DNA of 64,000 nt from Alphaproteobacteria bacterium. GTDB taxonomy: Bacteria; Pseudomonadota; Alphaproteobacteria; CALKHQ01. The notes below the pieces were generated by a model. It was not told where the DNA came from and did not search any database. It saw only the letters and a list, made by a program, of their open reading frames with translations. The stretch is taken from assembly GCA_965227515.1 (NCBI GenBank), contig CBDDFZ010000001.1:1024001-1088000 (forward strand), written 5' to 3'. Positions 51,616-61,141 of the stretch are shown piece after piece (the stretch's first letter is position 1; each line of letters opens with the position of its first letter). Position numbers and translations under genes: made by a program.

Positions 51616-52437
51616 TCATTTAATCGCCCCCATGGTCACGCCGCGCCGGAAGCTGCGCTGGGTAAAGATGTAAAGCAGCAATATCGGCACGAACATGATC
51701 ACGCAGGTCGTGGCGACCAGCTCGTAGTTGAAGGTGAACCGCCCCATGAAATCGATCACCGACACGCTGAGCGGCATCAGGTCCTGCTGGGTGGCGATGA
51801 CCAGCGGCAGGAAGAAGCTGTTCCAGGCCCACAGGAACTCGATCACCGCCAGCGCGCCGATGCCGGGCAGGCTGACCGGCACCATGATGCGGACGAGGAT
51901 CTGCAGGTCGCCGCAGCCATCCAGCCGGGCGGCGTCGATCAGGTCGCGCGGCACGTCGCGCAGGAACGTGGTCATCAGGAAGATGCCGAACGAGAGCCCC
52001 AGCGCGATCAGCGGCAGGATCATGCCGACATAGCTGTTCAAGAGGCCCCAGTCCTTCAGCAGGTTGTAGACCGGGATCAGGATCGAGACCTCGGAGACCA
52101 TCAGCCCGACCAGAACCAGCACGAACAGCACCTGCTTGCCGACGAAGTCGTAGACAGCGAAGGCGAACGCCGCCAGCGACGACAGGATGATCGTCAGGAT
52201 CGTCACCGCGCCGGAGATCAGCAGGCTGTTCAGCACCGCCTGGTAGTAGCCGCGGTCGACCAGGACGAGGCCGTAATTCTGCCAGCGCGGATCCTCGGGG
52301 AGCGCGAACACGCTGGCGATCAGCTCGCCCTGCGACTTCAGCGAGGTGACGAACAGCAGATAGACCGGGGCGATCGAGATCACGGTGAAGACGATCAGGA
52401 CCGTGTTGGCGCCAAACGCGTTGACCAGCCGGTTCAT
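51616..52437 (-). CDS. carbohydrate ABC permease (MalG-like)
   Basis: DLIDAARLDGC, WAWNSFFLPL, GVTMGAIK. Confidence 0.9.
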   Translation of the reverse strand: MNRLVNAFGANTVLIVFTVISIAPVYLLFVTSLKSQGELIASVFALPEDPRWQNYGLVLVDRGYYQAVLNSLLISGAVTILTIILSSLAAFAFAVYDFVGKQVLFVLVLVGLMVSEVSILIPVYNLLKDWGLLNSYVGMILPLIALGLSFGIFLMTTFLRDVPRDLIDAARLDGCGDLQILVRIMVPVSLPGIGALAVIEFLWAWNSFFLPLVIATQQDLMPLSVSVIDFMGRFTFNYELVATTCVIMFVPILLLYIFTQRSFRRGVTMGAIK

Positions 52438-53318
52438 GCCGCCGCCATCCGCGCGGCGCGCGCGCGCGCGTTCCATAGCAGCAGCACGCTGAGCGCCAGG
52501 ATGATCGCGGTCAGCACTGTGCTCATGGTCGCGGCGTAGTGCACCTGGCCCTGGCGTATGAACAGGTCGAACATGTAGACGGCGACGATCTGGGTCGCGT
52601 TGTCCGGCCCGCCCTTGGTGGCGACGTAGATGATGTCGAAGAATTTCATCGAGCCGATCACTGTGTAGACCAGCACGAACACGATGGTCGGCCGCAGCAA
52701 CGGTATGGTGATCCGCCAGAACTGCTGGATCGGACCGGCGCCGTCGATGCGGGCGGCATCGTAGATTTCCGGGTCGATACCCTGCAGGCCGGCGAGGAAG
52801 ATCAGGGTGCAGAAGCCGTAATAGCCCCAGCTTCCGATCATGTTGACCGCGACCAGCGCGGAGCCGGCGTCGCCCAGCCAGGGGCGCGCCAGGCTGGCCA
52901 GCCCGATCAGATCCAACCCCTGATTCAGGGCGCCGAACGTGGGGTTGTAGATCCAGCCCCAGATGATCGCCGCCATGATCGGCGCGACAGTGGCGGGCAG
53001 GAAAAAGACGGTGGCGTAGAACAGCCGGGCGCGCCGGTGCACCAGCAGGACCGCCAGCACCAGGCCGATGGTCACGGGCACGACGATGCTGAGCGCCACC
53101 CAGATCAGGTTGTGGCCCAGCGCGCGCAGGAACAGGTCGTCGGAGATCAGCCGCTCGTAATTGTCGAGGCCAACGAACTGCACCGCGGATTCGCGGCCGG
53201 CTTCCGGCGTCAGCGTGCTGAGGATGCCATTCTGGGCGATCGGATAGAATATCCACAGGCCCAGGTACAGAAGGGCGGGCGCCAGGAACAGGTACGGCGC
53301 TGGTGTCTTGTTCGGCAT
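52434..53318 (-). CDS. carbohydrate ABC permease (MalF-like)
   Basis: FVGLDNY, LAGLQGIDPEIYDAARIDGA, TKGGP. Confidence 0.9.
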   Translation of the reverse strand: MPNKTPAPYLFLAPALLYLGLWIFYPIAQNGILSTLTPEAGRESAVQFVGLDNYERLISDDLFLRALGHNLIWVALSIVVPVTIGLVLAVLLVHRRARLFYATVFFLPATVAPIMAAIIWGWIYNPTFGALNQGLDLIGLASLARPWLGDAGSALVAVNMIGSWGYYGFCTLIFLAGLQGIDPEIYDAARIDGAGPIQQFWRITIPLLRPTIVFVLVYTVIGSMKFFDIIYVATKGGPDNATQIVAVYMFDLFIRQGQVHYAATMSTVLTAIILALSVLLLWNARARAARMAAA

Positions 53319-53391
53319 GTCCGCCTTCGAAATTGCTGGAGGGGCGCGGCCGCGACGTGCGGCCGCGCCGAGAGTGGGCCGGGCGGGAGGG

Positions 53392-54705
53392 CTAGGGCTC
53401 CCACACCTCGCCGGCCTCGGTCGCCGCCTGCATCTGCTCGTCCAGCTTGGCAAGGAACTCCTCGGGCGGCGTGTCGCCGGTGAGCACGCCCTGGATGTCG
53501 TTGTACATCACGAACGTCACCCGCGGCGGCGCCGTGGTGTGGAACGCGTCGACATTCAGGTCCTGCATCGCCGCTCCGGTGGCGAAGGCGTCGGCGACGA
53601 CGCCGGCCATGCCGTAGGTCTCGAAGTCGATCGGCGTCTTCTGGATCGGGATGGTGTAACCCTCGGTGACCCAGGTCTCCAGCCAGCGCGGATCGGACAC
53701 GAAGTCGATGTATTCGGCCGCCAGGTCGGGCACCTTGGAGCCGGCCCAGATGTACCAGGCGGAGCCTTCCGACATGTGCGTTGCCTGGGGCACGCCCTCC
53801 TTGAACTGCGGCATGTAGAAGACGTCCAGCCGCTCCTCGGGCATGTTCTCGATGACCGTGTGGATCACCCAGGTGCCGGTCCAGATCGCGGTCGCCTGGC
53901 CCGAATAGAACTGCAGCAGCGCATCGTTGTAGGACGTGCCGTTGAAGCCGGGACTGAAGCAGTCGTGATCGACCATCTGCAGGATCAGGTCCAGCGCCTC
54001 GCGCGGTTCCGCCGAATTCCAGGGCTGGCGCCCCTGGAGCAAGGCGAGCCCGACATCACGGCCGCCGACGAGGGCGGTCACGTCGGTCCACATGTTCACC
54101 GCCGGCCACAGATCCTGGTTGCCGAGCGAGATCGGGATCAGTCCCGCCTCGCTGGCGGTGTCGCACCATGCCAGCACGTCCTCGAACGACTGCGGCGGCT
54201 CCAGCCCCAGTTCGGCGAAGATTTCGGTGTTATAGTAAACGTACTCGAGATCCTGCTCCCACGGATACGCATAGAGCTTGCCGCGGAAGGAGTTGCGCTC
54301 GATGGCCCACTGCGGCAGCCGATCGAACCAGCCATACTGCTCCGCATAGGGCGTAAGGTCGGTCAGGTAGCCGGCATTGGCGTAGGCGGTGAGCCCGGCA
54401 CCCGACGGCCAGCTATAGAACACGTCCGGCGCCTCGCCCGAGGTCAGCGCCAGCTCGACGGCGTTGCGGATCGGGAACCCGCCGCCGAACACCGAGCGCG
54501 AGAACACCACGCACGGGTGCTCGGCCTGGAATTCCTGATGAATCTTTTCGATTGCCGGTCCCGCAGCCGTCATGCCGTAGTACTCGAACTGATCCCAGAC
54601 GGTCAGGATCTGCCGGTCCTCTTCGGCGCATTCCTGGGCCGATGCGGTAGCGGCGAGGCCGCTGGAAACCGCCATCGCCGCGGCAATCATCGTCCAACGC
54701 TTCAT
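53392..54705 (-). CDS. carbohydrate ABC substrate-binding protein
   Basis: GGAGG RBS, signal ASA-Q, SGEAPDVF, YYNTEIF, FYSGQ. Confidence 0.88.
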   Translation of the reverse strand: MKRWTMIAAAMAVSSGLAATASAQECAEEDRQILTVWDQFEYYGMTAAGPAIEKIHQEFQAEHPCVVFSRSVFGGGFPIRNAVELALTSGEAPDVFYSWPSGAGLTAYANAGYLTDLTPYAEQYGWFDRLPQWAIERNSFRGKLYAYPWEQDLEYVYYNTEIFAELGLEPPQSFEDVLAWCDTASEAGLIPISLGNQDLWPAVNMWTDVTALVGGRDVGLALLQGRQPWNSAEPREALDLILQMVDHDCFSPGFNGTSYNDALLQFYSGQATAIWTGTWVIHTVIENMPEERLDVFYMPQFKEGVPQATHMSEGSAWYIWAGSKVPDLAAEYIDFVSDPRWLETWVTEGYTIPIQKTPIDFETYGMAGVVADAFATGAAMQDLNVDAFHTTAPPRVTFVMYNDIQGVLTGDTPPEEFLAKLDEQMQAATEAGEVWEP

Positions 54706-54884
54706 TCGCTTTCCTCCCGGTTGCCGGCCGGTTCGGGCGCTTTGGCGGGCAGCGGCGGCACGACGCCGTGCCGGCGGGCGCCCGTCCGGCAATTCGAACA
54801 GGGTAGGTAGAAGCCCCCGGCCGGGAAACAGCGATCTCGTGCGGATTGGCCAAAAAATATCCAGAATGGATAATTGATTATGTG

Positions 54885-56630
54885 TCAGGAAGTAAGGGCG
54901 TTTTCAGTCCGCTGCTGTACGCGTGCCAGTACACCGCGGGGCGGGTGCCGGTGCAGCAGCATGTCGTGGATTTCCTCGCCCAGGATTTCAATCAGGGTGG
55001 AGATGCCGGGCACCGGCGGCCGGGGCCACATGCGCATGAAACCGCGGCTATGGAAATCGTCGATGGCATCGATCATCGGCGAGCGCGCGCGCACCTCGGC
55101 GTCGCGGCAGACGCTGAGCCTGGCGCAGGCCAGGTTTCCGTTCATACTGAACAGCTTCATCACCTCCGGTGAGGTCAGCGAGCGTATCGCCGTCCAGGCC
55201 GCCTCCACCCGTGCAGGCTCGAGATTAGCCGGAATTGCGAGCGCATAGCCGCCCATCGGCGTGATCGGCCGCCCGCGTGGGCCCACCGGATGCGGCAGAT
55301 ATCCCGTTCGCCCGAAGGCCGCGCAGTTTTCGTTGAGCTCGAAGACCGGCGCCAGCAGCGAGTGGGAATAGGCGAAAGCGGACTCGCCACGGGCGAAGGT
55401 GGTCGCGCGGTCGTACCACGCCATGCCGAGGATGTTCGGCGGCGAGTGGTCCATCAGTTCGCGCATGAACTCGGCCGTTTGCAGCGCCTCGTCGCTCAGG
55501 AACTGCGGCACCGGCCGCCAGTCGCGGTCGACCGCCGCATCGAACCCGCCCTCCGATGCGGGAAGGCTCAGCACGCTCTGGCCGAAGGCGGCCATCATCA
55601 TCATGAAGCTGTGGCCGAGCGGCGTGCCGCGCGCGGCGTTCCACGACACGCCCCACATCCGCTCGCGCGTTCTGCTGACCAGCGGCAAGGCCCGCACTAG
55701 GTCTGCCGCCGTCCGCGGCGGCTCCAGGTCCAGGCCCTCCAGCACATCGGTGCGATAAACCAGCATCTCAGCCGTGGTGACGATGGGTACGCCGTAGCTG
55801 CGGCCCAGGTATGAGGCGCTGGAAAGCGCGTCGGGGTAGAAGTCCTCCAGGTCGGTTCCGGCGGATGCGATCAGGTCGTCGAGCGGCCGCAGCACTCCCT
55901 CCGCGGCCAGTTCGCCGAACCAGGGCAGGTCGCAGGCAAGGATGTCGTAGCGCGAACTCGCGAGCCGGGCGTTCTCCAGTATCTGCAGGCGCAACCGGTC
56001 GATGGATAGCGCGCGGCTGCTGATGGCGGTGCCGAGGATCAGCTCGACCTGACGTTTGAGCGTGTTCATCGCGGTGAATGTCGGGTCGGCGTGCAGCAGC
56101 AGGCGCAGGCCCGAGCCCGCATCCAGCCGGCGGTTGAGCACGACCGGCGGGCCGATGATCCGATCCCGGGCGGTCGCGATGCTGCCCCGATCGGCCGCTC
56201 CGCTCTGGGCGACGAAGCTCGCCAGATGTTCCCGAAGCTGTCTGGCCAGGAGACTCCAGCGCCGGAGCAGTTCGTCGGTCGGGTGCAGCGAGAACGACCG
56301 GCCGCTGCGCGTGCGCGGCCGGACCATCACGAAGTCCGATGCCCGCAACCTGTCGATCAGACGCATGGCCGAGCCGTAGCTCATCCCGGAGGCGGCGACG
56401 GCCGACGACGTGGTGACCACCTGGCCAAGGAAATGGCTGCGCAGCAGGTAGAGGATCATTTTCAGACCATGCGGGCCGCTCCGCAGGCCAAAGGTGTCGG
56501 ACACCTCCACGTCGAGCTGTTCCACAAGGTCGAGCACACGAAGCTGCGCGGGATTACCCGGCAGATGCGCGGGACCGACGTCGCCGCGCTCGTAGGGGCC
56601 TTCTGGCTCACGAACGACCGGATGCTTCAT
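54885..56630 (-). CDS. winged-HTH fused to sugar-binding domain (probable regulator)
   Basis: N-term ASGMSYGSAMRLIDRL..RPRTRSGRSFSLHP; C-term SBP motifs YDILACDLPW, LVYRTD, MGGYALAIP; no signal peptide. Confidence 0.8.
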   Translation of the reverse strand: MKHPVVREPEGPYERGDVGPAHLPGNPAQLRVLDLVEQLDVEVSDTFGLRSGPHGLKMILYLLRSHFLGQVVTTSSAVAASGMSYGSAMRLIDRLRASDFVMVRPRTRSGRSFSLHPTDELLRRWSLLARQLREHLASFVAQSGAADRGSIATARDRIIGPPVVLNRRLDAGSGLRLLLHADPTFTAMNTLKRQVELILGTAISSRALSIDRLRLQILENARLASSRYDILACDLPWFGELAAEGVLRPLDDLIASAGTDLEDFYPDALSSASYLGRSYGVPIVTTAEMLVYRTDVLEGLDLEPPRTAADLVRALPLVSRTRERMWGVSWNAARGTPLGHSFMMMMAAFGQSVLSLPASEGGFDAAVDRDWRPVPQFLSDEALQTAEFMRELMDHSPPNILGMAWYDRATTFARGESAFAYSHSLLAPVFELNENCAAFGRTGYLPHPVGPRGRPITPMGGYALAIPANLEPARVEAAWTAIRSLTSPEVMKLFSMNGNLACARLSVCRDAEVRARSPMIDAIDDFHSRGFMRMWPRPPVPGISTLIEILGEEIHDMLLHRHPPRGVLARVQQRTENALTS

Positions 56631-56756
56631 CCCGTCAGGTTAGCATGACGAGGCGCTGACGAATGATACCATCCGACAAGATGGACCGCGGCGGTGGGTC
56701 GCCAGCACGCGAAGATCCCAACGGCGACATGCAGGCGAGCCGTCCGGACCATGCGG

Positions 56757-57050
56757 TCACTCCGACCGGTCGTCGGTGGTGAACAGGGCCGCGATCCGCC
56801 AGCCATCGCCGGTTTCCACCGCCAGCATGCTGACGAGAAAGCGCAGCTCGCTCGGCGCGGCGGCCTGGCCGATCACCAGCGTCAGCGGCAGGTGCAGGAA
56901 GCCGCTTCGTCAGAAATGACGACCGGCGTGGCGTTCTCAAGATCCGGCTCCACCCGCAAGACCTCGGACTTCTGGAACACCGCCGTGCGGCTGACTATGG
57001 TGTCGGCACCCCAATAGGTCATGCCGTTGCTGACCCACAGGAATTGCGGC
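56757..57050 (-). pseudogene. 5'-truncated, frameshifted NTF2/SnoaL-like gene
   Basis: PQFLWVSNGMTYWG...VVISDEAA, then after a frame change LHLPLTLVIG...LRFLVSMLAVETGDGWRIAALFTTDDRSE*. Confidence 0.55.
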
Positions 57051-57052
57051 GT

Positions 57053-57136
57053 GGATACCTCAGCGTCGAGCTCTTCTACCCGGTCGAGTACACGAAGCTG
57101 TACCGGAGCGGCCAAGTGTAGCGCAAGTCCGACGTG
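57053..57136 (-). pseudogene. diverged fragment duplicating the 5' part of the 54885..56630 gene
   Basis: 57053-57100 matches 56499-56546 at 40/48 nt; QLRVLDRVEELDAEVS vs QLRVLDLVEQLDVEVS. Confidence 0.7.
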
Positions 57137-57258
57137 ATTTGAACTTCGAGGGGCCATTCGACACACGATCTGGTACTCGACTCTTTTCGAGCCACAAGCT
57201 ATGCTGCTCAAAAAGCAGGCAAGGGAGGAAGAAGGATGTAGTGATCGAAGGTGAGGTC

Positions 57259-58488
57259 ATGACCACCCATTACTCCCTGAGCAGCTTTATCCGGCAAGCT
57301 GCAAACCGCCATTTGGCGGAATATGCCGAGCATAATGCCATCGACCTCGGCACCGACATATCGCAGCTTAAACCAAGAACATTCCAGCCTATTTTCGAGG
57401 CAGTCATGGCGCTGCCGGAGGACGCGCGCGCCGCTATAGATGCAGACTTCCGGAAGGTCGCATTGCTGGGCAACCAAGCCGGGTTACAGCACTTGCGCGC
57501 AGAGGCCGACCATAAGGGTTTGGACCTTGGTTCCGCACTGCAGACCCAGAACAGCTTTCTCAACAAAGCGTTCTGGGCCTTCTTGAACCATCGCAACGTC
57601 TTTGACCGAGCATCACGGTTCGCGACGCCGCATCTGACCGGACGCTACTGGAAGCGCGGGCTGCCGCTCGTCAGCGCACCGGGCATCGAACTCGGCGACC
57701 GGGTAGACGTCTTGAGAGAAGCCATCAGCCTTCACTTCTTCAAGGAAGAGGGGCGCGGGCGGGCTTGCAAGGTCGACTACGACGCCCGACGACCGAGCCA
57801 CATGTTCTACGCCTTCCCAGAGGATTACCCCGCCGCCCCGCTGGCCTGGTTGCGCGATGAACTGGCGCCACATCCGTTCCGGCCAGCCTTCGAGGTTGTG
57901 TTTGTGTATCGCGACGATGACGGCACCCTTGACGTGTATTTCGAGGGCGCGAAAGCGAGCGTCGATCAACTGTGGCAATTGTTCGCCAGATCGGTCCTCG
58001 GGCTCACCGACCTGCCGACGCTCACAAAGCCAGCCTACTGGCTGGAGCCGCTAAAGTCGTCCTCGTTCTCGTTCACTTGGCCAATTCAGGCACCTATCAC
58101 CTCCGTTCGAACCAAGCGCCTGACGTTCGCGACGATGGGTGACACGCCGACCAGGGTCTCAGTGACGTCCGATGTCTCGAATGATGGATCCGCTCTTCAC
58201 CGCGCGATCGATCGACTATTCGTTCGAGATGGGCCATCGGTGGGGCGCATGTCGCTCAATCATGCCAGGGTCGTCGGTGCTCAGTTGCAAGCGGTCGTAG
58301 ACCATCACGACGGCACACGGCCCAAAACGCGCTCTTTCGATATCTCAGAGCAGTCTTGCGCTCTGAAGCATGATGGAGATGACCTGCACTTGCGGCACAT
58401 GCTAGCCGCCAGCGGCATTGACCGAACCACAGGTTTTTCAAGTGATGACGCCCCAGCAGGATCGCGCACTCAACGCGCTGCTGAGTGA
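57259..58488 (+). CDS. hypothetical island protein A (409 aa)
   Basis: GAGG RBS; MTTHYSLSSFIRQ, EGRGRAC, AFPEDY, RPAFEVVFVY; lower GC. Confidence 0.8.
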   Translation: MTTHYSLSSFIRQAANRHLAEYAEHNAIDLGTDISQLKPRTFQPIFEAVMALPEDARAAIDADFRKVALLGNQAGLQHLRAEADHKGLDLGSALQTQNSFLNKAFWAFLNHRNVFDRASRFATPHLTGRYWKRGLPLVSAPGIELGDRVDVLREAISLHFFKEEGRGRACKVDYDARRPSHMFYAFPEDYPAAPLAWLRDELAPHPFRPAFEVVFVYRDDDGTLDVYFEGAKASVDQLWQLFARSVLGLTDLPTLTKPAYWLEPLKSSSFSFTWPIQAPITSVRTKRLTFATMGDTPTRVSVTSDVSNDGSALHRAIDRLFVRDGPSVGRMSLNHARVVGAQLQAVVDHHDGTRPKTRSFDISEQSCALKHDGDDLHLRHMLAASGIDRTTGFSSDDAPAGSRTQRAAE

Positions 58489-59446
58489 TTTGATTGCTCG
58501 GCTTGCTGCCTCGGGCGGCGACCCAATCTCAATCCAAAGGGATGAATTCCGACCCCCTCAGCATGGCGGCCTGCGGGTGTTTGAAGCTCAATATCTCCTG
58601 AGTCCCATTGAGCCCCGAAGGTCGGTTATCTGCGACGGCTGCGAGCGCAGATGCCCTATGGAGGTGACATTTGAGGCCAGGCGAGGCAGACCGGCAGACG
58701 CCTTCGTTGTCTGCGACAAGCGCACGGACATAGCTCGAGTTCCAGTTGATATGCGTCGGCTGTCCCGATGGTCGCTATCCCTGCAAACAGTCGGCCACGT
58801 CCTCAAGTGGGTGATGCCAACAAGCCAATATCCTTATCGCCTTGACGGTGACGAGTTCTGGAGACTGGGGCGGTTTGCACAACACAGCCACAAGGATGAA
58901 ACGGTCGACGTGGTCCTCCTGGAGCAACTCGGCGACCAGCCAATGGAAGCCGGCCTCGTGATCGTGCTTTCGCGAACTTCGCAACCCATTGGCGCTGGCG
59001 TTGTAGCTCTACCGGACCTGCTGTTGGTCAAGGACGGCCGCCTGAGCGTCAACAGGACCGCACTCCGCCGCGCCCTGGAAGGGCCTCGCGAAGACGATGG
59101 CCGCATAGCGTGTGAAATCCGCTTCGGCCTTGGCGAAATCCTGCTTGTCAATCACGTGACACGGCAGCGAACCGTCCTTGCGCGTCCAAATTTCAACTCG
59201 TCGAACGACAACGCATTTCAGGTGCTTTTCGCAAAGCCTGGCGTGAGATTCACACTCTCGGAACTTCGCGCGGCCGCAGGGGACCAAACAATCGTAGGCC
59301 TGCACAAATTGGTCGAGAATCTCCATTTCGAAGGGCTGTTAAAGGCGGTCTTTTTCCGCGTATCGAAGGATGCGATCCAGTTTCGAAGACATGTAACCGT
59401 AGGCGAACTTGCCACCCATGGCATCGATCCGAGGGAAATCGTCTAA
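58445..59446 (+). CDS. hypothetical island protein B with putative Zn ribbon
   Basis: CDGCERRC...VCDKR; overlaps gene A by 44 bp; possible C-terminal winged helix. Confidence 0.75.
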   Translation: MTPQQDRALNALLSDLIARLAASGGDPISIQRDEFRPPQHGGLRVFEAQYLLSPIEPRRSVICDGCERRCPMEVTFEARRGRPADAFVVCDKRTDIARVPVDMRRLSRWSLSLQTVGHVLKWVMPTSQYPYRLDGDEFWRLGRFAQHSHKDETVDVVLLEQLGDQPMEAGLVIVLSRTSQPIGAGVVALPDLLLVKDGRLSVNRTALRRALEGPREDDGRIACEIRFGLGEILLVNHVTRQRTVLARPNFNSSNDNAFQVLFAKPGVRFTLSELRAAAGDQTIVGLHKLVENLHFEGLLKAVFFRVSKDAIQFRRHVTVGELATHGIDPREIV

Positions 59447-59537
59447 CACTGTCGGTTCGCTCCCGATCCATCCCCATCCGTCCCTTTCTATCCCCACCAT
59501 GACGACGTGAGCCCGCCTGCGGCCGTATCCGGTCGTC

Positions 59538-59720
59538 ATGGCAAGGTCGATTCCCGATCCGCTCGATGTCGTCGCGATGCGGCTGCGCTGCCTCGAAGAC
59601 GCTGACCTGAGCGAGGTGGAAGCGGTCGAAGCCGGGCGCAACTTGGCCGGCTTCATTGCGTTGCTGGCGCGGATCGACGGCGCGCCATCCAAGCGAGGTG
59701 ATGCCAATGAATGTGACTGA
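59538..59720 (+). CDS. small helical hypothetical protein
   Basis: LSEVEAVEAGRNLAGFIALLARID; overlaps next start. Confidence 0.6.
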   Translation: MARSIPDPLDVVAMRLRCLEDADLSEVEAVEAGRNLAGFIALLARIDGAPSKRGDANECD

Positions 59721-60015
59721 AGTGGAAATCGCGTTCGTTAAGCCGCGAAACGGGCTGATCGCGTTCGCCAGCTTGGTGCTCGATGACCAGCTCTACCTCA
59801 GCGGCATCGCGATCCATCGCAAACTCGACGGCGGCGGCTACCGCTTGACCTACCCCACCCGCAAGATCGGAGACCGGTCGATCGACATCTTCCATCCAAT
59901 CCGGCGGCCAATTGGCCAGGCCATCGAGACGGCCATTCTCGAAAAGCTGAACGACGTAGTGAGCAAGTGCGATGCTGGATACGGTTGCGCTGAGTCTCGA
60001 CACACGCGCCTTTGA
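59707..60015 (+). CDS. SpoVG-family nucleic-acid-binding protein
   Basis: MNVTEVEI..GLIAFASLVLDDQLYLSGIAI...YP.RK....DIFHPI...IETAILE; GAGG RBS. Confidence 0.82.
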   Translation: MNVTEVEIAFVKPRNGLIAFASLVLDDQLYLSGIAIHRKLDGGGYRLTYPTRKIGDRSIDIFHPIRRPIGQAIETAILEKLNDVVSKCDAGYGCAESRHTRL

Positions 60016-61129
60016 GATCCTCGATCCCGGCCGGTTCAGTCCCTCGGCAGTGGGCCTGCTGCAGCCGCCCTACTACCCGCTCGGCGGCCGAGGTAACATT
60101 GCCTGCGTGCAGAACCCGACCAAGGCCGACTTCGCGGCCGGACGCTACCTGCCGAGGCTGACGCTGGCCAAGCGCAAGGTGCGTGGTGGATTCTCGATCA
60201 CGCTCCGGGTCGAGTTTTCCGCACCCAAGTTGGTCTACGGGAACAACTTCGACGAGCTGACATCGCGCGAGTTCGACGTGGTGGTCGATACGCTGCGCCA
60301 CGCGCTGGCGAGCATGGGTGTTCGGGTCAGCGACTACGACCTACGTGCAGCCAACGTCTCGACGGTGCACTACAGCAAGAATGTCTGCTTCACCGACTAC
60401 ACGACCTGCTCAATGGTGATGCGCGAACTCGACCTGATCGACCTCGACGGTCGCCTGGATCTCTCGCATACCGACTACCGCAACAACGGTCACGCCATAC
60501 GCTATCACGCCAACAGTTTCGAGCTGACGTTCTACGACAAGATGCGCGACCTGGAGAAAGCCAGGTTCAGCGAGAAGCGCGCAATCGAACAAGACAATCG
60601 TATTCAGGCCGACCTGTTCAGCGAGCGGGACGATCTACCGAAGCAGCTCGAGGTCCTGCGGATGGAGGTCCGGCTGGGCAACCGCACCAAAATCAAGGGC
60701 CTGCTGAAGCGCATCGGCGCCGACATCGAGCCGACCTTCGCGGCGCTGTTCGATGCAAGCCTGGCCAAAGACGTGCTGCTGCACTTCTGGGAGCAGATCA
60801 GGCGGCAATTGCCGCTCGCCGGACAGACCGCGGACCGCCGGCCGGAGGAGTTGCTGTCGACCCTCGCCGCTGCTTCGGACGGCAACGCGCGACCCGGCGC
60901 CCTTCTGCAGCAGCTCGGTTGCGTCCTGCTCGTCGCCTCGGTTGGCGTGCGCGGCGCCGGCGCCCTGATGAGCCGCCATTGCAGCAACCGATCCTGGCAA
61001 CGCTACAAACGGCAACTGCGCGAACTGAACATTCCAGCCACGAATCGGTTCAGCGCTCTTGACCAGGTGGGCGACACCCTGTCCAGATTCCACCCCTTGA
61101 GACTCGCCGACATCACCCAACTCACGTGA
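59972..61129 (+). CDS. putative rolling-circle replication initiator (Rep_trans / phage gene II-X-like)
   Basis: MLDT, EFSAPKLVYGNN, LTFYDK, LRMEVRL motif series. Confidence 0.6.
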   Translation: MLDTVALSLDTRAFEILDPGRFSPSAVGLLQPPYYPLGGRGNIACVQNPTKADFAAGRYLPRLTLAKRKVRGGFSITLRVEFSAPKLVYGNNFDELTSREFDVVVDTLRHALASMGVRVSDYDLRAANVSTVHYSKNVCFTDYTTCSMVMRELDLIDLDGRLDLSHTDYRNNGHAIRYHANSFELTFYDKMRDLEKARFSEKRAIEQDNRIQADLFSERDDLPKQLEVLRMEVRLGNRTKIKGLLKRIGADIEPTFAALFDASLAKDVLLHFWEQIRRQLPLAGQTADRRPEELLSTLAAASDGNARPGALLQQLGCVLLVASVGVRGAGALMSRHCSNRSWQRYKRQLRELNIPATNRFSALDQVGDTLSRFHPLRLADITQLT

Positions 61130-61141
61130 GAGACCACACTG

